A stretch of 17,655 bases of DNA from Candidatus Hadarchaeales archaeon (GTDB lineage Archaea > Hadarchaeota > Hadarchaeia > Hadarchaeales > Hadarchaeaceae), in contig JAWCLG010000017.1 in the NCBI GenBank assembly GCA_038851075.1, forward strand, positions 1 through 17,655. The letters run 5' to 3'. The notes below the pieces were generated by a model that was given only the letters and a program-made list of their open reading frames with translations, was not told the DNA's origin and did no database searches. Positions 1 to 9,649 of this stretch are shown in pieces. The first letter of the stretch is position 1. Every line of letters begins with the position of its first letter. The position numbers were made by a program, and so were the translations under genes.

Positions 1-2
1 TT

Positions 3-935
3 TCGAGAGGGCCTCTCGCATACCTCAAAAACAGGACCGTGATACTCGCCGTTGACGAAGCATACCTTGTAGCCAAACCCATAATGATGAGAGGCGGGAG
101 AGGGGACACTTCCAGAAGCAAGCTGGAGGACATAGCTAGGGCTGGAAGGTCCTACGGCCTAGCCCTGATGCTTGTGACCCAGAGGCTCGACGACATAGCC
201 GACGGCATTAGACAGAACTTCTACAGATGGGTCGTGTTCAGCACGTCGTCTCCCAAGGACACGTTGATACTTTCCGCGGTCGCGCCCGAGCCCATCCAGA
301 AGATAGTCAACGAGCTCAAAATAGGACACGCATACATCAGGATGCCTAACCCGAGAAGGCTCGAGATGTACAGGTTCACAGCCGACACAACAGCCCTAAC
401 AGACGGATACATATTCGAGATGGAGAGAAGACTCCTCAAAGTAGAGCAGGAAGAGAACAAGGACAAGGAGGATGGGAAAGGAGACGTGTACAGCCTGCCG
501 GCATGCAGAACATGCGGGGTCTCGCTACTACAGGGATGGAATTACTGCCCGGTATGCGGCTCAGACCCAACGGTAAGGAAGGGTACCCAGCGGCAGGCAA
601 AGGCTGTGAAACAAACAGAACAGTCAGCGTACGGCTTGGCTAAAGACATAACCATAGGTCAGAACCAAACGGAGAACTTCATCTTGTTAAGAGAGGAGAT
701 TGTTGCGAGGCTTGCTGGGGAGGGTAGAACAGACCTAGCTGATGCCGTGGATTCAATACCCTTAGAAATCTTCAACAAGTTTGTAAAGGCTGTGAAGACA
801 GGTGTGTCAGACCGTAGCAGCGACGAGCTGTTCGTCGCATACAAGCTTCTAGCACCATCACCACAGGGAAGGCTGAAGCCCACCAAGCTAGGAAGAACGA
901 TACACAAACACATAAAAGAATCCGGAAACAACTAA
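3..935 (+). CDS. HerA/VirB4/FtsK-like P-loop ATPase, C-terminal part (5' end outside window), with Zn ribbon
   Basis: Frame is open to the window edge (SRGPLAYLKNRTVILAVDEAY). Walker B hhhhDEA, 'ARAGRSYGLALMLVTQR' HerA/VirB4 signature, then CRTC...CPVC Zn ribbon and a wing-like C-terminus (GRLKPTKLG). Confidence 0.8.
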   Translation, partial: SRGPLAYLKNRTVILAVDEAYLVAKPIMMRGGRGDTSRSKLEDIARAGRSYGLALMLVTQRLDDIADGIRQNFYRWVVFSTSSPKDTLILSAVAPEPIQKIVNELKIGHAYIRMPNPRRLEMYRFTADTTALTDGYIFEMERRLLKVEQEENKDKEDGKGDVYSLPACRTCGVSLLQGWNYCPVCGSDPTVRKGTQRQAKAVKQTEQSAYGLAKDITIGQNQTENFILLREEIVARLAGEGRTDLADAVDSIPLEIFNKFVKAVKTGVSDRSSDELFVAYKLLAPSPQGRLKPTKLGRTIHKHIKESGNN

Positions 936-999
936 ACCCAACCACACAACCATTCAAACAAACTACACCTAAACACGGCATACCTACCTCGCCACGCCG

Positions 1000-1476
1000 C
1001 ATAATCCTTTCGCGGACCATCCCAGAACAGCCAAAACACCATTCCTCATCAATGATGTCTTGATAGATGGGCTGGATAAGATGGGTGAGAGATCGGACTA
1101 CGACGTGCTTCTGAGCATGATGCAGACAGGGAGAATATCAGTCACAAAAGCATCTCTACAGGCTGAAACCATATGTGTGACCACAGTCCTAGCAGCAGCA
1201 AACTACCTCGATAAGATGCCTCCAGAATTACTTGACAGGTTTATGATACTATACATCCCACAGTAGTAGCCTGAAGACTTGAAAGTGGCTGTCAAGATTA
1301 TGGGACACTCTGGGATGTCTGAGCAGATTGCGATAAGCATAGCTTCTACGATGTGGAGTATTGGGTTCAGAAGCGCCAGAGACGTCCTGAAAGTAGCCCG
1401 GTACAGCATGGGAGACACCGGACAAGCTCTAGTATGCCTGCAGATAATGGCGAGCGGGGCTCCACCACGGAGATGA
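1000..1476 (+). pseudogene. Degenerate MCM/MoxR-like AAA+ ATPase
   Basis: In one frame: DHPRTAKTPFL (decayed Walker A), LIDGLDKM (Walker B with E>G), TGRISVTKA, VLAAAN (sensor 1) and LLDRF (Arg finger). Two TAG stops at 1264-1269 are followed by in-frame continuation to 1476. The segment between Walker A and B appears deleted. Confidence 0.75.
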
Positions 1477-1667
1477 ATCCACTGGCACAAACCTGTCGGG
1501 GGTTGTGAGATGCTTTGCTGAGGCTTCACGTTCACGGTCGCGGCAGCATTCATAATAAACACAGTTATGACTGGAATGGCTGTTAAAGCATAGGAAAGAG
1601 TTTTGCAGTGTTGATGACAGTTTTTGCCTCGACAGTTATCTAAAAATGGAGACGGTATTACAACAGT

Positions 1668-1901
1668 GGTACTGTCAAAGTAATTATGCCTCCTTCTATC
1701 TTGGTTTTTATGAGTGTGTTGTGTATTAGGGCTATAGCGGCGGCTATCTCCTCTATACTCGTTATTTAAGCTTCCTGAACCGTCTCTCTATCTTATTCCT
1801 GTTCCCAAACGTCTCCTGGAAGTACTCTATTCCCAGCCTTCTCAAAAGAACTATAGTCGTGGAACCTGAAAAGCCTACCTATACAGCCTGCAAGACAGTC
1901 C
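1668..1901 (-). mobile_element. Internally deleted IS6-family element remnant
   Basis: Minus strand encodes LLRRLGIEYFQETFGNRNKIERRFRKLK*, resembling the archaeal IS6 transposase DDE Glu motif (TFGxRNxIERxFRxLK), then SIEEIAAAIALIHN. It ends at an IS6-like terminus GGTACTGTCAAAG (1668-1680). The possible opposite end GACAGTCC (1894-1901) is imperfect and no TSD is evident. Confidence 0.7.
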
Positions 1902-1956
1902 AACACATCCATTACATGGAGAGAAATATGCTGACAGGTCCGCAAAAAGCTTTAAC

Positions 1957-4900
1957 ATCTTCAGTGATAATTTTGAGTCCTATTCTGTTGGTTCTTTCCC
2001 CTCAGCTAGCGGCTGGGAAATAGTATTCAATGGAAGAGGCGACCAGTATCAAGTCGTTTCAAACGCATATTCTTACTCTCCCACCAAGTCGTTCCAGCTG
2101 TGGGGACAATATGGTTGGTCAGCTGTTGTGCAGAGGCGTTTTTCCTCAACAGCCTCATCCATAGGCTACGAGTTTGCCATACTAATAGAGGCTAGAGGTA
2201 GTGTCGGCGTAGACCATCCCGCCTTCTTCAACAGAGAGGAGGCTACATGGGGTGCATATTATGCTACAGTTCAATTTGATCATAGTGATGGTAGGATAAA
2301 GGCTGAGGATGGAACCGTTCTTGGATCATGGAGCGCGGGGAGATGGTACAGAATTAAGGTCATACTCAACAGGCAGACAAATACCTACAACGTCTGGTTC
2401 AACGGACAGCTTGTCGGACAAAACCTGAGGGTGTCTAGAACGAGTACTGATAGAATAAACGCGATAGCCCTCACCAGCGCTTGGCCAGGACAGAAAGTCT
2501 ACTACGACGATGTAAGGGTTTTTGCAGTACAGCAGCAGCGAGTCTTAGGGTTTACTATCAGGAGGCGGAGGTGAACGGGCGTAGGCTGGACCCGAACAAT
2601 CCTGAGATAACTGTCAGCCCGGGGCAGAGCATATCTGGCTACCTAAGGGTTACCGTGGATAACAACAGAGGCGGTGCTTGGATAACGCCGGTAATAGGAA
2701 CCGCTAGCTTCACGAGAAGACAGTCCCAATGCATTGCCGGTGACGCGCCTTCGGGAGGGAGCACTCAAACCTACAGCTTCAGCCTGACCGCTCCAAGCCA
2801 GCCGGGAACACACTATATAGGGGTGTTCACAGGCTGGATGTATAGTTGCGACGAAGTGGCTAGCAACGACCATCCACCAAACTATGGTGACGGGGATGAC
2901 GTTTGGGACATGCTGTCGCAAGGCTGGGAGGAGGTTATAGCGAACGGGCAGGCATCCACAGGACCTTACAGGATGCCTAGAAGAGCTATAAGAATAGTAG
3001 TACAGCAGCAACAATTTACCGTTAGGATAGTTAGTTATAACGCGCCATCCACTGCTACCGTTGCTGAGCGTGTCTCCATCCCCATAACTGTGGAGTACAG
3101 CTTCCCCCAAACAGCTACAGCTTATGTAGGTCTTTCTGTGGGGGTTCAAAACCCAGACGGTTCGTGGACTAGAGTTTGGTACAACCCTGAATATGAAACC
3201 CCGAGAACCGGTAGTGGAAGATTATCCTATACAGCAGTCTTTAACGCGCACTCCCAGCCTAGAACCTATAACTACCGTATAGGAGCCATGTACTGGTACC
3301 AAGGCTTAAGCGACTGGGTTATCTCCGACACGAAGACATTCCAGATAGTAGTTCAACAGCCGCAGGATACTGTTGCACCAAGTGTGAGGGTCATAGCGCC
3401 TAACGGCGGTGAGACGCTGACTGTGGGGGAGACGTTCAGGATAAGGTGGGAGGCGTCGGACAACGTAGGCTTACACCATATACACATATTGCTGTTCCAT
3501 GAGGGTAGCCAGATACAGGTTATAGCCAGAGACCTGCAGAACACCGGCTACTACGACTGGACGGTTCCGGACAGGCCTGGGACAAACTACAGGGTTAGGG
3601 TTGTCGCAGTAGATGCTGCGGGAAACTCTGGTCATGACGATAGCGACGCACCGTTCAGCATAGTCCGACAGCAGCAACCTACCGCAGCTAAAGTTCAGAT
3701 CGGCATAATACATACGTATGTTGGCGACCTTAGGATTTGGTTGGGTGTTCAAGGAGGTAGAGAGGTACTGATATGGAACCGTGAAGGAGGCTCTTCAGAC
3801 AATATCTTCAGAGAGTGGGATTTATTTTCTTTAGGCTTCACGGAAAATGACCTGCCTCCATCTTCTTCGAAACGTTGGTATCTAAAGGTCAGGGATGAGG
3901 CATCTGGAGACGAAGGAAGGATAGAATACTTTAGAATAGTTTACCAAGGGCAGACATACGAATCGCAAGACAGGCCCGAGATTAAAGACTACCAAGAGGT
4001 GATGGCATTTATACCATCCCGGCAACAACTGGATAATGCGCAAATAGTTGACTTCAGCCCGCCGAGTGGAGTATTCGAACCCGGGTCTTTGCTGATCGCA
4101 AGAATAAAAGTCAATAATGCAGGCATGACAACTAGAAGCTTCTGGGTTGGGCTGAGCTATCGGAAGCCAGATGGAAGTTATTATGACATTACCCCTCAGC
4201 AGACGAACACGTTAAGCCCAGGACAGGAACAGACGCTAACCTTCCAGTGGCAACTTCCAAAAGATGCTCCAACCGGGGAATATGATGCCATAACAGCTGT
4301 ATGGAATGGCTATGACCCACAAAGAAACATAATGATAGAGCCACAGTATGATAGAAGAGAGGTCCCTAACGCGTTTGAAGTAGAAGAAGAACTAATTTTA
4401 TTTTCCGAAACTATATACTATAGACGTCTTATCCCTACTGGTGTAACATCTGAGGTTCGGCTAGAGCCCATTGGATACGTTTACTTAACAGGACGGCGAA
4501 ACCTTATCGTCGGGCACGAATATTTGTATAAATTAAAGCTAGCTGTTGGGAGAGGGCCGGAAACCGGGAGAGAGTATTTCATCCACGGCGCGTCACCGGA
4601 AAAACCCGGCATTATGACATTCTTTGTACCTGAGGAACTTGACTGGCGATTTGACCCAACAAAAGACTTTACATATCCAAGAATAAGGTGGCAAAGCACT
4701 GTATTGGATTGGTTAAGAAGGTATATAGGTTGGGCTGTTAGGGCAATAATAACACTTATCGCTGGGGCGTTTGGTGGCCCCATTGGCTCAGTAGCAGCTG
4801 GTTTTGTCATGTTTATAATAGGTCATATATTCCAGTCTGAAGACCGAGCATATGATCTCAATCTAGGCTCAACGATCACACCTGCTAATCAAGACCCAGC

Positions 4901-5105
4901 TAAGGCCGACGCAGTTATTATCAACTGGTCCGAGCAAGGGAATACGCAAGGGCCAATAGTAGCAATACTACATGTCATACCTTCAGAATATGCTCGTGGC
5001 AAAGAGTTCCAGATCAGCATAGCTATTGATTTCTGGGTAGGCGGGGGGGAAGACCAAAATATTCTTGTCAGGGGCAACTCTAAAGAAATAACAGTCCGAG
5101 AGTAG
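1957..5105 (+). pseudogene. Large modular secreted/surface protein, 5'-truncated and frameshifted at ~2540
   Basis: Frame is open 1870-2574 with no start before the domain, which begins IFSDNFESY (LamG/ConA-like beta-sandwich). After VQQQ it continues in the 2481..5105 frame (SLRVYYQ). Later modules are separated by Q-rich linkers: Ig-like domains, a PNGGETLTVG...IRW domain, a P-proprotein domain (IIHTYVGDLRIWL...WYLKVRD...GDEGRI), a CARDB-like domain and a hydrophobic Gly-rich segment. No signal peptide seen. Confidence 0.7.
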
Positions 5106-5337
5106 ATGCTCGCCTAATTGTGGGTCAGGAAGACTTAGCTTTACAGTGCTTTCCTCACATAGGTTCCCTCCCCTTCTTCTATCTGATCTCAAGGCTCATC
5201 ACGTCACTTGTGGCATTCTGTCCCTAACTGCAAAAGTTGAGATCTAAAAATTGGCATTATTCCGCTTAGTTTATTTCTCTACAATTGTAGCTATCCGCAT
5301 TCCCAGACCCCTGATTGCAGCTTGTACGTAAGAACCT

Positions 5338-5810
5338 TTAGGTAGCCTTCTCAACTGTAAGCTCCCAGTTACAGTTAGCCGCCAGTATTTTGACGTACCA
5401 GTTTCCAGCCGGTACAGCCGCTAAGTAAAACTCAAACACTCCCTGCTCTTGTCAATACTGCCTTCTTTACAATATCGTTCGGAACAGACCTTGTAGAGAT
5501 ACCAGTGTAGTGTGACAAACCGTAGTTCTGCTGTAGCCGTTATTCCCAGCTTCAGCTTTAGGTCGGATGTGGAGTTGAGCGTGAAGGGTTTTGTCTCCTT
5601 GATTCCGCTATCCCTGTCGCTAACCAGAACAACCCCTCTCTCAGCAGGGTAGATCGTGTTGACATAGGTTATGTATGCGATGGCTGTGTTTGTGGTTGTC
5701 GTCCTTATGGTTGAAGTGACAGTTGTTGTCATAAACCTGCTGATGGTCCGCCTAACATACGCTGTTGCTGTCGTTGATTCTGTAACCGTGGTTGGAACGA
5801 CTAAAGCTTG
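5338..5810 (-). pseudogene. Thr-rich stalk plus small beta-sandwich domain protein, frameshifted and 5'-truncated
   Basis: ORF 5421..5732 (TTTVTSTIRTTTT...GIKETKPFTL) continues after a frameshift near 5450 as EQGVFEFYLAAVPAGNWYVKILAANCNWELTVEKAT* (stop 5338-5340). The upstream boundary is approximate. Confidence 0.6.
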
Positions 5811-5855
5811 AAACCATTTCCAAAAAACTCTCCGAACACAGTCCTGAGTCTATTA

Positions 5856-5881
5856 TTTCTAGCTGGAAAGTTCCCTAGAAA
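5856..5881. repeat. Imperfect inverted repeat
   Basis: TTTCTAG-ct-GGAA-ag-TTCC-CTAGAAA. Confidence 0.55.
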
Positions 5882-5887
5882 AGGGGG

Positions 5888-6122
5888 TCAAAATGCGGGG
5901 TAGACCATCCACGTCAGCAAAGATTATGCGGGTGCGACAGGTTTTCCCGGATGCGAAGTATAGAGCCGTCGACGCGGGCTGCGGACCAGCTCTAGGAAGC
6001 GACAGAAGCTTTCTTGTAGCTGTCGGGTGTGACGCCATTGAACCTTTCCACCAATGCTCCCTTCTCCCACAACTCTCCCGGCCCGGAGTACGCTAGGGCC
6101 GTAGGGATGCAGTGTTTCTTTA
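5888..6122 (-). pseudogene. Degenerate HhH-GPD (Mig/MutY/EndoIII family) DNA glycosylase fragment
   Basis: Minus strand reads LVERFNGVTPDSYK / frameshift / KLLSLPRAGPQPASTALYFASGK...VDGLPRIL. This aligns with VMEMFNGRIPEQEEKLLALPGVGEYAARAVLCFAYGK..VDANVCRVL of the 16155..16808 gene. Confidence 0.7.
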
Positions 6123-6298
6123 GGAAGCTAATAATATACTTTGCAGCCTGATCCGATTTTGTTTTTAACATAATTTCAGAAATGAAGACACCGTATGTAA
6201 CTTGGGTCTGCTTATACTGGCTCAGTATTCTCTAGACAATCTCGTCAACTATATCCATTTTTATGTTTTCTGTTCCGTTTGTGTGTAGCCTCGTGACC

Positions 6299-6314
6299 TT
6301 TTATAGATTTATAT
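6299..6314 (+). promoter_or_regulatory. Putative archaeal TATA box for the defence operon
   Basis: TTTTATAGATTTATAT about 40-50 nt upstream of the first possible start (6351). Confidence 0.3.
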
Positions 6315-6350
6315 CGGTCGGACATAGTTAGTGGCTTAACGCGAAAGACC

Positions 6351-8663
6351 GTGAGCGGCCATAGGAAGCTTCTCAGGCCTGTGTTTCTCCGCGAGAAAAG
6401 CGTTAAAATGTATCTTCAGTCCCTCTACATAGCCCTCATCGCGTCCCGCCAGAATGCTGAAATCATACTAAGTCATGAACTCGATGCTCTTGGCGCGGAT
6501 ATGGCAAAAGGTCATGAGCTGGCGAAAAGTTCATTTTTATACTTGAAAAGATGGTGTGGGAGAATCCGCAAATACATAGTCTCAGAGGAGGTTTATTCTA
6601 AACAGATATGCGAGCCTGCCCGCGTGGCGGCAAGATACAGGCTGTCGATATCGACTAGTACGACGCTCTCAGGATACGTATTCTCAAAATCTACGGAATT
6701 TTACGACCCATTTTTCGGTGGAAATGTTGTCGATCTGTCGGTGGTCATACCGTCACTGGGATGCTCTCTGACCCTCCGGTGCCGTGCTGATTGCGTTCGC
6801 GATCTTAACCGAGGAATGTATGAAATTGGGGGTGTGCAACCTATCCCCTACGTTAACAGACTCCATCCAGTTCGTCTCTCCATCCGTGATAATACCCGTG
6901 GGCTTATTCTCAAAGAGCTGGACGTTTTAAAGGCCTCGCTGTATGATCTTCGACGGTACTCCTACTCAATTGCCTTCGAAAACTTCTGCAGAGTCGCCTC
7001 AGCCCAATTGCGGGGAAAACTGCGAGGAGGAGTGGCGCTCGGCGCGACAGAGGTCGTCGCGGGCTACTTATCTGACGTCAGGCTCCCCCTTATCAACATC
7101 GCGGGCCACTTCAACAGAGATGTGGCAATACAGCTTGTATGGAACGGCGACACTAAAGGCGTTGAGGCGCTGAGGGGGAAACCCGTCAGGGCGCTCACCG
7201 TGACGTGGTATGGAAGAGGAAGACAGGTTCTCCCTGAGGCCTTCATCATCGAGCCCGCGGAGAGTGATATGGAGATTCTTGAGGATGACATCATCGGATT
7301 CGTTAGAGCCCGCCTGAAGGTTGATCAGGAGACCCTCCATCATCATTACCCCAATGTCGACCCCTCACGGTTCAGAACAAGCTTAATCAAATGGGATGCG
7401 GGACACATGATTTGGACACAAAATGAAGCCCCCACTGGTGACGATGTTGTTGCCGGCTTCTTGGAACAGAAGCTTTCCCTGATGAGGGTTAGGAGCGAAA
7501 TACCGGGACCGGCAGAGTATGCACCATTAGCTCTGTGGACTCTGATACTTGATCGACAAAAAGTCCGTCTTCAAGAGGTAGCCGAAAAAATGTATACGAA
7601 CAAATCTGTGATGTCGTGTATGGTGGATCTGCTCAGGATGCATGAGAATGAGGAGCCGCTCCCAAAATCATTCAAGGGGCTGTGCTCAATTTTTGGTCCC
7701 GGCTTGACATATGAGGATCTTCTGTGGATGAGGGATACTGGCCTTATCAAGAAATCCGGAGGGGAAGTCAGAGTGACCAAAATAGGGGTCGAGGCCCTTT
7801 ACGCGGCTACAAGAGCGGCGATTCTTGACCCGCTCCAACGGGAGCTGGAGGAGAAAGGGCTCATCGCCATTCCTGACGCTGAGAGCTCTCTGAATGTGCC
7901 GGCATCCCTAATCCTGAGGGGTCTGGAAGATCTGCGGAGTGCGGGCGTGCAGCCGCTACAGCTTGACGGGCTGGATACCCGTTTGGTCTGGGTCAGGAAG
8001 GGCGACGGTCACATGACAGAGTTTGCACGTACAATTCTAGCAAGGCTCGAGTCAGACATCATAGACGCACTCAGCAGAGTACCTCACGCTTTGTCCGTGT
8101 CAAAAATATTAGACGCTCTTAACAGGCGGATGGGCGGTCTCTGGATAAGGGAGATTCTCAACATATTGCGGATGCGCGGAAGGGTAGTTGAGAAAGACGG
8201 AATGTGGATATATCCGGATGAGTCCAAGATAATGGACGTAGTGTCCGGGGAGCCGGACAAATTACTCACACTAGAGGAACTGATGAATAAAGCAATGATA
8301 CCGGCGGCAAGAAAGTATATCGTCTTCTCTCTTCTGGGGGAGCTGGTGAAAAAAGGTGTCGTGGTTGAGCCCCGTAATGGGAGGTGGGCGATAAAAACGG
8401 ATGACCCGCACATCCTTAGGCGCAGAGCCGAGAATCTCATAAAGGCGGACTGTAAGCACCGGCTCCTCGAAATTCTGGACAATTACTACCGCATGGACAT
8501 AGTCACCGCAAGGGCCCGGTTACGTGTCTGTATCAGCCACCACGAAAATTTCAGATTCGGTGGAATTAACGTTGACCGGATGGCGGATGAGATGCTCGAA
8601 GAGCTCGAGAAGGAGGGGCATGTTAGGCTTGCCGGAGGTACAGTATTTAGGAGAGAGAGGTGA
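6351..8663 (+). CDS. Uncharacterised protein with tandem winged-helix-like domains, first gene of DISARM-like operon (start uncertain: 6351, 6408 or 6501)
   Basis: 770 aa ORF whose stop overlaps the RBS of the MTase. The C-terminal half has repeated helix+wing patterns (MRDTGLIKKSGGEVRVTKIG; LRMRGRVVEKDGMWIY; LVKKGVVVEPRNGRWAI; LEKEGHVRLAGG). The N-terminal half is beta-rich. Confidence 0.75.
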   Translation: MSGHRKLLRPVFLREKSVKMYLQSLYIALIASRQNAEIILSHELDALGADMAKGHELAKSSFLYLKRWCGRIRKYIVSEEVYSKQICEPARVAARYRLSISTSTTLSGYVFSKSTEFYDPFFGGNVVDLSVVIPSLGCSLTLRCRADCVRDLNRGMYEIGGVQPIPYVNRLHPVRLSIRDNTRGLILKELDVLKASLYDLRRYSYSIAFENFCRVASAQLRGKLRGGVALGATEVVAGYLSDVRLPLINIAGHFNRDVAIQLVWNGDTKGVEALRGKPVRALTVTWYGRGRQVLPEAFIIEPAESDMEILEDDIIGFVRARLKVDQETLHHHYPNVDPSRFRTSLIKWDAGHMIWTQNEAPTGDDVVAGFLEQKLSLMRVRSEIPGPAEYAPLALWTLILDRQKVRLQEVAEKMYTNKSVMSCMVDLLRMHENEEPLPKSFKGLCSIFGPGLTYEDLLWMRDTGLIKKSGGEVRVTKIGVEALYAATRAAILDPLQRELEEKGLIAIPDAESSLNVPASLILRGLEDLRSAGVQPLQLDGLDTRLVWVRKGDGHMTEFARTILARLESDIIDALSRVPHALSVSKILDALNRRMGGLWIREILNILRMRGRVVEKDGMWIYPDESKIMDVVSGEPDKLLTLEELMNKAMIPAARKYIVFSLLGELVKKGVVVEPRNGRWAIKTDDPHILRRRAENLIKADCKHRLLEILDNYYRMDIVTARARLRVCISHHENFRFGGINVDRMADEMLEELEKEGHVRLAGGTVFRRER

Positions 8664-8673
8664 GGGGACTAGC

Positions 8674-9600
8674 ATGGGCAGGCGGCAGGTTCTCGATCTT
8701 TTCTGCGGGATAGGCGGCTTGGCTCTCGGTTTCGCCCGGGCCGGCTTCGAGGTTGTCGGAATGGATATTGACCATCAGGCCTGCGCGACTTACGAGCTGA
8801 ACGGGGTAGGGAAGACGGTCCAAGCGGACCTCGTTAAGGAGCGGGTGGGAGGAGAGTTCGACCTAATCATAGGCGGCCCGCCGTGCGAGCCGTGGTCGTT
8901 CCTGAACCTGACCAAGAGAGGAAGAGGACATCCAGCATACCCATGCCTGAGGGCCTTTTATGATTCTGTTCGCCGTGTTCGGCCGGTAGCCTTCGTTATG
9001 GAGAACGTGCCGGGGATAAGAGAAGAGCCGGTCCTCCTAGACTGCCTCACCGCGATGTTGCGCATGGGTTATCTGGTGTCTCACAGGATAATAAGATATA
9101 GTGACCACGGGTCGTCAACCGCGAGACGCAGGTTGTTCGTCATTGGAATCATGAAAGGATCGGGCGTTACGCCGGAGCAGGTCTTCGACGGTATAGCGCG
9201 ACGGCCCGCAGGAACCGTGAGGGAAGCCATAGGCGACCTGAGGGGCAGGGGGCCTGACCCGTTAATAGACCATGTCTGGCCGAAAGTGAGAACGGTGGAA
9301 AGATACCTGCGCTACTACGTGTCGGGAAGATACGGGTGGTATATACTGCGGTGGGACCAGCCGGCACCGTCCTTCGGCAACGTCACGAAGACCTACATAC
9401 TTCATCCCGATTCATTCAACGGAGGAGAGACCAGGCCCATATCGGTGCGGGAGGCGCTGCGAATCATGGGGTTTTCGGATGATTTTCGCTTTCCCCAAGG
9501 TACCAGTTTGAGGAAAAAGTATGAGATGATAGCTGACTCCGTCTCGCCAGTATTCTCCGCGGCTCTCGTCAAGTCTCTTAAACGTTCTCTGGGGCTATGA
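8674..9600 (+). CDS. drmMII: DNA (cytosine-5) methyltransferase, DrmMII-like
   Basis: Motif I DLFCGIGG, catalytic IV GGPPC, VI ENV, VIII RRR, IX SVREALRIMGF. ATG 8674 follows a GAGGTGA/GGGG RBS. The gene symbol is assigned by context. Confidence 0.93.
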   Translation: MGRRQVLDLFCGIGGLALGFARAGFEVVGMDIDHQACATYELNGVGKTVQADLVKERVGGEFDLIIGGPPCEPWSFLNLTKRGRGHPAYPCLRAFYDSVRRVRPVAFVMENVPGIREEPVLLDCLTAMLRMGYLVSHRIIRYSDHGSSTARRRLFVIGIMKGSGVTPEQVFDGIARRPAGTVREAIGDLRGRGPDPLIDHVWPKVRTVERYLRYYVSGRYGWYILRWDQPAPSFGNVTKTYILHPDSFNGGETRPISVREALRIMGFSDDFRFPQGTSLRKKYEMIADSVSPVFSAALVKSLKRSLGL

Positions 9601-9649
9601 ACCAATCCACAAAGGTAAAAAATTTAAGAGCCCTTACCCCTTAGGGAAT

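Noticed and set aside
936-1000. A/C-rich low-complexity tract
   Set aside because: No regular repeat unit, and not CRISPR-like.
1203-1667. Minus-strand 119 aa ORF with signal-peptide-like start, and scattered ACAGT motifs nearby
   Set aside because: Mostly antisense to the AAA+ relic. The motifs are short and irregularly spaced.
5893-6096. 67 aa plus-strand ORF
   Set aside because: Shadow of the minus-strand glycosylase relic, with no recognisable motif.
6075-6107. GC-rich stem-loop considered as a tRNA fragment or att site
   Set aside because: No T-loop or cloverleaf, and it lies within the glycosylase relic.
8524-8673. N-terminal extension of the MTase in the ORF track
   Set aside because: It overlaps the upstream gene. 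Motif I starts just after ATG 8674, which has a good RBS.
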